Virus record (IMG/VR): IMGVR_UViG_3300031857_009768
Reading direction: 5' to 3' (one strand)
Origin: an uncultured virus (IMG/VR IMGVR_UViG_3300031857_009768)
Taxonomy: Duplodnaviria > Heunggongvirae > Uroviricota > Caudoviricetes
Length of the DNA: 20,000 nt
Within the stretch, counting starts at the first letter, position 1, and each line of letters starts with the position of its first letter. Positions 8,897 to 16,032 of the stretch are shown one piece after another. A model generated the notes under the pieces. The model was not told where the DNA came from, ran no database searches, and was given only the letters and a program-made list of their open reading frames with translations. Position numbers and translations under genes: made by a program.

Positions 8897-10528
8897 TTAC
8901 AAACTTGATGATAAATAGCCAGCTGGTGGCTCCCACATGTCCCCATCTTCCACTTCCATTTCTCTACGAAGTCCGTCTTCAATAAAGCCAAAAGGCAGCA
9001 TACTTTCTTCTCCTAACATGTTCTGCTCTTCTAGCATGATCTTGCGGATGTCGATTCTTGTCTCATCTTTGAAGAATGTCTGTGCCGTCAGCCAGGCATA
9101 AAGCACTAGCCCCATTACAATATCGTCGTTATTGCCTTCTTCGGCAGCATACGTGTCTCTTGTCCGAACAAAGGTGTTCAGTTCTGCGATGGTATCGAAG
9201 TCGTTGATAATGAGTTTGTCGTTCTCAATCAGCGTTTTCAAGTTAGCACAGCCAATTTTCTTGACTGATTTGGTTGTCTTTACACCAAAAGCCACTGAGC
9301 GTTTAAAGCCAGCAGAAATGCTCTGACCTTTGATATGATGATGCTCTAGCTTATAGATGTTTTCATATTCCAGATCATAATGTAGAATATCTACGACTTG
9401 CTGACCAACATTGTTGGTTTCAATCAGTACATAAGCCTGGTTGTAACGATTGGCTAAAGCATACACCACTGTTGGAAAGAACAATAGCGGCAGCTTATTA
9501 TTCCGATATCGTGCGACTTGTTTATAAGGAGCTTCTGTAGCATCCAAAACATTGATCGTATGATAATCTAGACCTACGCCCTCAGCACAGTCTACTGTGG
9601 CAATGTAAATGCGTCCTGGGCGTGGATCTTCATATACAAATAGATTGCCGTCATCTTCAATACGGGTTGGGTCATAGAACGCCAATGAACGGAGTTTGGA
9701 ACCAGAAATCAGTGTCGCTGAAGAACCAATAAACTCTGTCTCAAATTCTTGTCGGAATTGTTCTTCAGAAGTGTTTCGTATCGTTTCTTCTTTCCACTTC
9801 TCATCACGACCTGGCACCATTGACCAGTGAATCTCAAGTGTTTTGTATGTTGAACGATTTTCAATCGCATCTGTCCACATCTTATAAAACAGATTCAGAC
9901 CGTTCGGAGTAGAAACAATAATTACTTTTGAACTTTTACCAGATGAGATAACAGGATAAGTAGAAGTAAAAAAGTCTACTGCCATGTTGTGTGGCACAAA
10001 AGCAAATTCGTCAAGAAAGATTAGATTATATGAACCACCACGAACACCCGCTGCTGATGTAGCGTAAGCATAAATCTTTGAACCATTTTCTAATTCAATC
10101 GAACGTTTGTTCCAGTTGATAATACCTTGTTGAAGCCATGAAGGTAAATACTCATAGGCTTTTTGTATCTTAGCAAGAATGTCTTGAGCAAGTTGGAGTT
10201 TGTTGGCAAGAATACCAATTACGAATTCTTCGTTGAACAATGCTGACCAAAGCATATACCCGACAGTTGTAGTTGTCTTACCAACCTGTCGTGGCATCTT
10301 TGCGATACAAAAACGATTGTCATGAAATGTACGAACCATGTCTTCTTGAAATGGCCACATCTCAAAAGGCACAAGACCTTTATCTACGTTGACAATTTTG
10401 ACATAGTTACGAATAAAGTACACCGGATCTTCGGTGCATTTTACAATCTCTTTTAATTGCTCTTCAGTGTAGGATATTTCAACACCGACTCGTTTGAGCC
10501 GTGCATTACCAAGGTACCCGTCATCCAT
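8897..10528 (-). CDS. gp17: Terminase large subunit (T4 gp17 family)
   Basis: 543 aa: Walker A MPRQVGKTT, Walker B LIFLDEFAF, coupling motif VSTPNG, and RNase H-like nuclease motifs TVDCAEGVGLDY, IETNN and NDDIVM. No intein or intron evident. Confidence 0.98.
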   Translation of the reverse strand: MDDGYLGNARLKRVGVEISYTEEQLKEIVKCTEDPVYFIRNYVKIVNVDKGLVPFEMWPFQEDMVRTFHDNRFCIAKMPRQVGKTTTTVGYMLWSALFNEEFVIGILANKLQLAQDILAKIQKAYEYLPSWLQQGIINWNKRSIELENGSKIYAYATSAAGVRGGSYNLIFLDEFAFVPHNMAVDFFTSTYPVISSGKSSKVIIVSTPNGLNLFYKMWTDAIENRSTYKTLEIHWSMVPGRDEKWKEETIRNTSEEQFRQEFETEFIGSSATLISGSKLRSLAFYDPTRIEDDGNLFVYEDPRPGRIYIATVDCAEGVGLDYHTINVLDATEAPYKQVARYRNNKLPLLFFPTVVYALANRYNQAYVLIETNNVGQQVVDILHYDLEYENIYKLEHHHIKGQSISAGFKRSVAFGVKTTKSVKKIGCANLKTLIENDKLIINDFDTIAELNTFVRTRDTYAAEEGNNDDIVMGLVLYAWLTAQTFFKDETRIDIRKIMLEEQNMLGEESMLPFGFIEDGLRREMEVEDGDMWEPPAGYLSSSL

Positions 10529-10531
10529 AAT

Positions 10532-10966
10532 TTATCGTGTAAAACTCTTCAGCATCCAACCATGTTTTTGATGAGCGTCTAGAATATCTTGTAAGAAGTT
10601 ACCTACAGCAGGTTCGTCAGCAGCGTCAGCAACAGCAATACCTGTACGAAGTTCCATGATAAATTTATCATTGTCAGCGGCAAGTTCAGACATCATTACG
10701 ACTGGTGCAGGTATCGCTACGTTAAAAGTAATCTTGGACAATTCACTCATTCTTCCAAGAGTTGTTGGAGCATAAGAATTTAACGCACGAATGTGTTCTG
10801 CGATTAGATCAGTTTGATCAAACACTGCCTCATAGAATGTACCAAGAAAACCATGATACTCAGCAAAGTTTGGACCTTCTACATTCCAATGATAGGTATG
10901 TGCTTTAAAGTACAAAGCAAAGTTCGTACCAAGAATAACCTTCATTTGTTCGATTAGTTGTTCCAT
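10532..10966 (-). CDS. dps: Dps family mini-ferritin (DNA-binding protein from starved cells-like)
   Basis: 144 aa with Dps signature KAHTYHWNVEGPNFAEYH...Y......DLIAEHIRAL and C-terminal HQKHGWML. Ferroxidase ligands (His, His, Asp, Glu) appear intact. Confidence 0.93.
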   Translation of the reverse strand: MEQLIEQMKVILGTNFALYFKAHTYHWNVEGPNFAEYHGFLGTFYEAVFDQTDLIAEHIRALNSYAPTTLGRMSELSKITFNVAIPAPVVMMSELAADNDKFIMELRTGIAVADAADEPAVGNFLQDILDAHQKHGWMLKSFTR

Positions 10967-10970
10967 AATT

Positions 10971-11372
10971 TTATTTATTTCCTTTGATCATTTTAAGTAA
11001 TTCGGTAGTGGAGCCAACGAAGATTGCTTTATCGACGTTGACTCCTTTACTAGACTCCGACTGAGGTGCAAGCTCTTTTTTTCTTTTTTGTAACTCTAGT
11101 AAATCTTTATTCATCTCAGCCAGATTTTTCATCATTGTGGCTAAGACTTCATATGCTCTTGGTGACTCTGATTGATTCGCAACTGAAGCTAATTCAGTCA
11201 ATGCTCGGTTACCATTATCAATCAATGAACGCATATTTGTACGAGCAAATTCAGCATCGGCATCAATTTGATTAGCACTATCATCTATTACAACAGGCAT
11301 TGTTTCGATTCGGCCTTCTTCAATAGGCTCAACATCAAAGATTTCAGATAAATTTTTATTCAGTTTTTTCAT
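10971..11372 (-). CDS. gp16: Terminase small subunit (T4 gp16 family)
   Basis: 133 aa with DAEFARTNM..LI..G..AL, SESPRAYEVLATMMK and AIFVGSTTELLKMI. ATGA overlap with gp15. Confidence 0.95.
   Translation of the reverse strand: MKKLNKNLSEIFDVEPIEEGRIETMPVVIDDSANQIDADAEFARTNMRSLIDNGNRALTELASVANQSESPRAYEVLATMMKNLAEMNKDLLELQKRKKELAPQSESSKGVNVDKAIFVGSTTELLKMIKGNK
10972..10979 (-). promoter_or_regulatory. Candidate late promoter AATAAATA immediately upstream of dps
   Basis: NATAAATA motif overlapping the last codons and stop of gp16, with 5 nt between the motif and the dps ATG. Confidence 0.4.
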
Positions 11373-12370
11373 GATAATGTATCAGGCCATTCTTTAATCG
11401 TTTCAATAAATCCAAAGTCTGCTGGCGGTGCGGCTGTTGTTGGATTAGGCTCAACAATTACCGCAGCAGCATTGATTGAAGTTGTATCTAGCGTAGACAC
11501 ATTATATCTTGCTCCAGAATAATCACCTGTAAGTGTATAGCCAGTTTGTATATACTTATTACCACCAGTAATGACTAATGTGCCAAGTGAAGTGTTGCTG
11601 AAGTATTCTACAGTACCAAAGAATCCATTGGCACTATCACGGAGTGTTTCTCCAGTTGTAAACACATTGTTACCATTCGCATAGTCAACATAGACTTTTT
11701 GAATTTCTTTTGAGGTAAGATCAATGTTGATATTGGTATTAGCAGCATTAATAATTTTACCTGTTTTGACTGGTGGCCAGATGAAACTCTTGGCTGTAAA
11801 CGTTAAATCCCAAACAATAATTCGTGTTGTACCATCACCCATGCCACCTTCATAATCAACTGTCGATGCTACTGAATTAAGTATGATAGGCACTGTGTAC
11901 TTCTGATTCATTTGAGGAATAAAATCTACTACAACACTAAAATCTGGTGTGAAGAATGGTAGTATTTGTTCCAGTATTTGTGTGCCATCTTCTGTGTTGC
12001 GAACATAAATTGATAAACTAAATTCAAAGTTATATGGCACAGGTAAATATTGTGTAGCAACTCCGGTGTTTGTAGCAGCAGCAAAATTCTGTAGTGTGGA
12101 AATCTGTTTACGACTTGAATCATACTCAAGGTTGTCAAGATTAAATGACATTCTTGGTATTACAGAGTTTATCGATTTGATCAAATTTGGATCAGAAGTA
12201 ATCTGTGTCAGATATCTTTCTTTAGGACCATATGACAATGGTACTTTAAGTTTTTCTTTTGGGCTACCAGATTGTGTATAACGAACAATTTCAAGATCAT
12301 TGAACATTGTACCAAACACAACCACCATTTTACGAATGGTGCGATGATAAAATTGAGAATTACCTAACAT
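11369..12370 (-). CDS. gp15: Tail sheath stabiliser/tail terminator (T4 gp15 family)
   Basis: FYHRTIRKMVVVFGTMFN, KVPLSYGPKE, PRMSF, PVPYN..F.LSIY and QILEQILPFFTP. Start placed at ATG 12370 (TGATG overlap with the gp14 stop) rather than the TTG at 12373. Confidence 0.95.
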   Translation of the reverse strand: MLGNSQFYHRTIRKMVVVFGTMFNDLEIVRYTQSGSPKEKLKVPLSYGPKERYLTQITSDPNLIKSINSVIPRMSFNLDNLEYDSSRKQISTLQNFAAATNTGVATQYLPVPYNFEFSLSIYVRNTEDGTQILEQILPFFTPDFSVVVDFIPQMNQKYTVPIILNSVASTVDYEGGMGDGTTRIIVWDLTFTAKSFIWPPVKTGKIINAANTNINIDLTSKEIQKVYVDYANGNNVFTTGETLRDSANGFFGTVEYFSNTSLGTLVITGGNKYIQTGYTLTGDYSGARYNVSTLDTTSINAAAVIVEPNPTTAAPPADFGFIETIKEWPDTLS

Positions 12371-13275
12371 CAAGGTTCTCCAAACGGATTCACTTCCGTA
12401 AAGTCAATGATACCATCACCCGCTGCTTCAATACGAGCATTGTCAATGATGTCTTCAAATGCTGTGTTTTGAACTGGAGCATCAGAAGCAAGTGTGACTG
12501 TCCATTGTGAAGAACTTGTATTACCTTTCACATTAGCCGATGCGACAAAATCACCCTGCATTCTATACACATCAATGTATGAATTTGGTTGAAAATCGTA
12601 AACTAGTGCTTGTGCTGTAGCAGAAGAGAGATTTGAACCTTGATATACAATTTCATCGTTAAGAAATTTACCTGAACCAGAGCCTAATGAAATACGAAGT
12701 TTTGGATAGTAATTACGAATATTGCCATCGATTTCTGAAATGCCTGTTTCAATAACTTCATTTGAAAAGTAAAACTGTTTCATTTTCAAAGCATACACAT
12801 ACACATTACCACCTCGACCACGACCTAATGTATAAAACATGGCTTGATCGTTTTCTGATTCTACACTGGTAATCTCAAAGAAACTTGTAGTCATTGGTAT
12901 GTAAATCAAGTCACCTTCAAGAGGTCTTGTTAAACCATTAACCGCATACCTAAATCTCAGTCGTGAGACAAGCAATGTTGCTTCATCACGAATCTCTAAA
13001 CCAAACTTAGATATGAAATCTTGTTCACCATCAAAGCCGTTTACATTTTCTAGATACATTTCAATTGGATGTGCAGTGCGATATTCTTTCAAAACATCTT
13101 CACCAAACAGATAGTCTACTTGATCACGTGTTGTGCGTGGTAAATAATAAACATCCAAGCCATAAATCTTGAGTGCTTCAATGACAAGATTTTCGACCAA
13201 TAACTGTTCTGGAGTGATGACATTGCCACCACCCAGCTTTGACGGAAAATTATTAAAATAAAAGTTAGTTGACAT
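12370..13275 (-). CDS. gp14: Neck protein / head completion (T4 gp14 family)
   Basis: 301 aa with EQLLVENLVIEALKIYGLDVYYLPR, FGED, IEMYLENV.GF.G..DFISKFGLEIRDE, P.EGDLIY and C-terminal IIDFTEVNPFGE. Confidence 0.96.
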   Translation of the reverse strand: MSTNFYFNNFPSKLGGGNVITPEQLLVENLVIEALKIYGLDVYYLPRTTRDQVDYLFGEDVLKEYRTAHPIEMYLENVNGFDGEQDFISKFGLEIRDEATLLVSRLRFRYAVNGLTRPLEGDLIYIPMTTSFFEITSVESENDQAMFYTLGRGRGGNVYVYALKMKQFYFSNEVIETGISEIDGNIRNYYPKLRISLGSGSGKFLNDEIVYQGSNLSSATAQALVYDFQPNSYIDVYRMQGDFVASANVKGNTSSSQWTVTLASDAPVQNTAFEDIIDNARIEAAGDGIIDFTEVNPFGEP

Positions 13276-14228
13276 TAGCCAGTAAAGATTTCCGAAGGTA
13301 GTGAACCCATTTGATAAATCTGTTCTTCCATCTCTTTGATTTCTTCTGATGCTTCATCATAAATTTTCTGACCATTCAGCGTAACACCACCCGGCATTTG
13401 AATACCTTCAAACTTTTTAAGGTTGTTACCCCACTGCTGTTTGATTTTTGCTGTAGCCAATTGTTTCAGAAAACGATCATTCCACACATCAGTCGTGCCT
13501 TCAATTTGAATGGCTGAATTACTATGCGTTAATGTTGGTGGTCCAACTAATGTCAAACTTGTGGGCGACTCAATGTTACCAACTTGTTTTGATTCTGTGC
13601 CAATAGTAATGAAATCAAATGGTACAATTTCTTGGTCAAATTTTGTACCGTAACCCACGATTGTATTTGATGATGGATCACCCGTTACTGTACCCGTCAA
13701 CACAATTGTTTCTGGTCGAATTGTGCGATAGCACTCAACGACAACCCATTCACCTGGTTGAACATCTCTTGACCAATCAATGTCAAGAAACACTTTGTTC
13801 TGATGACGATTAAAACGGAATTGTGGTGTACCAGAGAACAATAGATTCAATGTACGAAGGTGCTGCATGGTAATTTCGTATGACACATACGATACCGACG
13901 TAAAGTCATAAAGATCATGTAGACGCAACTGATAACGCAAATCAAACATATTGATCGATGCGTTAGACTGATCAAATGGAAAAATACCCGTAACAAATTG
14001 TACGGCATCAGGACAATAAATCCATTGACGATCAATATCCGCTTGTGTGATCTGATGTTTCATGTACAGTTTTTCTGTACCGTCATAATGATAATCACGC
14101 CAAAAATTAAGCGCATCATCAATTCGATCATCTACCTGATCATCGTCAACGTTGATTTCAATAACCGGAAATCCTAGTCTACGCAGGCAGTAATCTTTGA
14201 ATTGTTGTCTTGTGTTTATAGTTGCCAT
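13275..14228 (-). CDS. gp13: Neck protein (T4 gp13 family)
   Basis: 317 aa with DYCLRRLGFPVIEINVDDDQVDDRIDDAL...YHYDG and VWNDRFLK..ATAKIKQQWG.NLKKF.GIQMPGGVTLNG..IYDEA. Confidence 0.96.
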   Translation of the reverse strand: MATINTRQQFKDYCLRRLGFPVIEINVDDDQVDDRIDDALNFWRDYHYDGTEKLYMKHQITQADIDRQWIYCPDAVQFVTGIFPFDQSNASINMFDLRYQLRLHDLYDFTSVSYVSYEITMQHLRTLNLLFSGTPQFRFNRHQNKVFLDIDWSRDVQPGEWVVVECYRTIRPETIVLTGTVTGDPSSNTIVGYGTKFDQEIVPFDFITIGTESKQVGNIESPTSLTLVGPPTLTHSNSAIQIEGTTDVWNDRFLKQLATAKIKQQWGNNLKKFEGIQMPGGVTLNGQKIYDEASEEIKEMEEQIYQMGSLPSEIFTG

Positions 14229-14231
14229 AAG

Positions 14232-15059
14232 TTATGGATTCTGATTTGTTGCTCTTTGGAAATTAGAGTTTGCTGCCAATATTGTATATGTATTCGCTGC
14301 TGTTTTTATAACATTGAACGAATATATGTCAATAGATTCTTGTTGTGTTGCCGCAAAAGAAGGTGCAGAATTACCCAAGTAAAACGGTGCCTGTAATACA
14401 CCATCGACGTAAACATTAGCACGAAATCTTGTTGCACCTTGTTTCAACAAAATTGCTGTAGTAACTGATTGACCTATTCCTAGTTGTGAATCAAGGGTGT
14501 TCTGTGTATTTGCTCTCAGATTAAAAGTTACATTTGCAGTGGTATTTGATGAAAAGAAATATACTGTATTATTCTGCAAATCAATGTTTACATTACCACC
14601 TACTGCTGTTGTAAAAACATTGGCAGTCTCAAATACTTGCGTAAGTGATATTTGTAAATTTGAAGTAAGTGTGTTACTTGCAATTTGACCTGCTACGATG
14701 TTGTTAGCACGAATACTGTTTGGTGCTAAGTCATCACCAGTAATTGTTTGTGCGGCAAGAAGATTGCCTGTGATTGTGCCAGCAACAATGTTATTACCAC
14801 GAATGGCATTATCAACAATATTATTACCAGAAATTGAGCCGTCTGCGATTAAATTGCCTGTGATTGTGCCAGCAACAATGTTATTACCACGAATGGCATT
14901 ATCAACAATATTATTACCAGAAACAGAACCATCAGCAATAAGGTTTCCCGTAATGGCACTTGCAACAATATTATTTCCACGAACGGCGTTTGATGCAATC
15001 TTGTTTCCAAGAATTGCACCATCTGCTATACGACCCGACTCTACTTTTTGTTCAGACAT
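14232..15059 (-). CDS. Putative fibre/virion appendage protein: decapeptide-repeat N-region plus C-terminal beta domain
   Basis: 275 aa; about 12 repeats of (I/L)xxxx(I/V)xGN(N/L). C-terminal domain is paralogous to that of 15385-16032. Occupies the position just upstream of gp13. Confidence 0.75.
   Translation of the reverse strand: MSEQKVESGRIADGAILGNKIASNAVRGNNIVASAITGNLIADGSVSGNNIVDNAIRGNNIVAGTITGNLIADGSISGNNIVDNAIRGNNIVAGTITGNLLAAQTITGDDLAPNSIRANNIVAGQIASNTLTSNLQISLTQVFETANVFTTAVGGNVNIDLQNNTVYFFSSNTTANVTFNLRANTQNTLDSQLGIGQSVTTAILLKQGATRFRANVYVDGVLQAPFYLGNSAPSFAATQQESIDIYSFNVIKTAANTYTILAANSNFQRATNQNP
14763..14923. repeat. 71-bp exact direct repeat, 90-bp period (copies 14763-14833 and 14853-14923)
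   Basis: attgcctgtgattgtgccagcaacaatgttattaccacgaatggcattatcaacaatattattaccagaaa occurs twice, identical even at synonymous positions. Confidence 0.95.
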
Positions 15060-15380
15060 TTACATACCCCCAAACAAAAAGACATCATCAAAAATGTCTG
15101 GAGGTGATACTATGTTATTTCCAGATACAGCATTATTCGCAATCAAATTTCCCGTAATTGTGCCAGCAACAATATTGTTACCAGCAATAGCCTCAACAGC
15201 AATCAAATTTCCCGTAATTGTGCCAGCAACAATATTGTTACCAGCAATAGCCCCAACAGCAATCAAGTTGCCAGTAATCTGACCCTCTACAATATTATTA
15301 CCAGCAATGGCGCCAGAGGCAACCAAATTACCAGTAATACTTGTTGTACTAATAAGAGGTGTGCGAACTTTTTGAATCAT
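15060..15380 (-). CDS. Small protein made almost entirely of decapeptide repeats
   Basis: 106 aa with 8 repeats such as IVAGTITGNL/IAVGAIAGNN, ending DDVFLFGGM. Its stop abuts the next ATG (TAAATG). Confidence 0.75.
   Translation of the reverse strand: MIQKVRTPLISTTSITGNLVASGAIAGNNIVEGQITGNLIAVGAIAGNNIVAGTITGNLIAVEAIAGNNIVAGTITGNLIANNAVSGNNIVSPPDIFDDVFLFGGM
15139..15266. repeat. Tandem direct repeat with 60-bp period (54 bp exact; 68 bp with one mismatch)
   Basis: gcaatcaaatttcccgtaattgtgccagcaacaatattgttaccagcaatagcc at 15139-15192 and 15199-15252. Confidence 0.95.
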
Positions 15381-15384
15381 TTAT

Positions 15385-16032
15385 TTAACCAAAACCGTAT
15401 GATGTTCTTGAGCCCAAAATTGAATATGTGTTGGCTCCTGTTTTTATTGTCGTAAAAGTGTACACATCCAACTGTTGACTTGTAAGTGATGTAGAGTAAG
15501 TAGGCCTACTATTGCCACTCCATCTGGTACTATTTGCTTGATACACACCATCAATAGAAAGATTAGCCAAATACTGTATGCCACCACCCTGCGTCATTAT
15601 AAAAGCTGTCGTAAGTGACTGTCCATTCCCCATCAAACTATCAAGAGGAACTTGAGGACTTACTCGCAAATCAAATGTAACATTTCCAGCTGTATTGCCA
15701 GTCAAATAATACACTGAACTATCACCAACAAAAATACTTACGTTACCATTCGCTGAACCTGGTATTAGATATGTGTTTTCCAGTAGACGATTAATTGGTA
15801 AAAGTTTTGTAGAAGGCAACGAAGACTCAGCAATTGCCACACCATTGACCGTATTTCTTCCAAGATTTAAATTAACACCAATAGTAATGGTGTTGGAAGC
15901 AGGATTAAATGATATGCTACGATTTACGTATTCAACATCCGCTCTTCCAGACAGACCTGGCTGCAAGCCGAAATAAAATTCTTTGTTTTCATTTACGGCT
16001 TGCAGTATTGGTAATGTAGTTACTGATAACAT
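15385..16032 (-). CDS. Putative virion structural/fibre-associated protein with C-terminal beta domain
   Basis: 215 aa. C-terminal part (GNVSI..SVYYLTGNTAGNVTFDLR...LDS.MG.GQSLTTA...DVYTFTTIKTGANTYSILG) aligns by eye with the C-terminus of 14232-15059. Confidence 0.75.
   Translation of the reverse strand: MLSVTTLPILQAVNENKEFYFGLQPGLSGRADVEYVNRSISFNPASNTITIGVNLNLGRNTVNGVAIAESSLPSTKLLPINRLLENTYLIPGSANGNVSIFVGDSSVYYLTGNTAGNVTFDLRVSPQVPLDSLMGNGQSLTTAFIMTQGGGIQYLANLSIDGVYQANSTRWSGNSRPTYSTSLTSQQLDVYTFTTIKTGANTYSILGSRTSYGFG

Noticed and set aside
8897..10528. Intein, intron or homing endonuclease in the terminase (or portal/capsid) genes
   Set aside because: Lengths and motif order are continuous and normal; no splice motifs or HNH/GIY-YIG/LAGLIDADG ORFs seen.
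11070..11095. T-tract inside gp16 as a terminator or pac site
   Set aside because: Explained by Lys/Arg codons (QKRKKE); no hairpin, and a pac site cannot be inferred from sequence alone.
12371..12373. TTG start for gp15 given by the ORF track
   Set aside because: The adjacent ATG at 12370, overlapping the gp14 TGA stop, is the more plausible start.
14763..15266. Direct repeats as a CRISPR array or as a DGR template/variable repeat pair
   Set aside because: The repeats are in-frame coding duplications without unique spacers. No adenine-specific mismatch pattern, and no reverse transcriptase or cas gene in the window.
14497..15282. Plus-strand ORFs (194 aa repetitive, plus short ones) over the repeat genes
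   Set aside because: Antisense shadows of the repetitive minus-strand genes; non-ATG starts and no recognisable RBS or family motifs.
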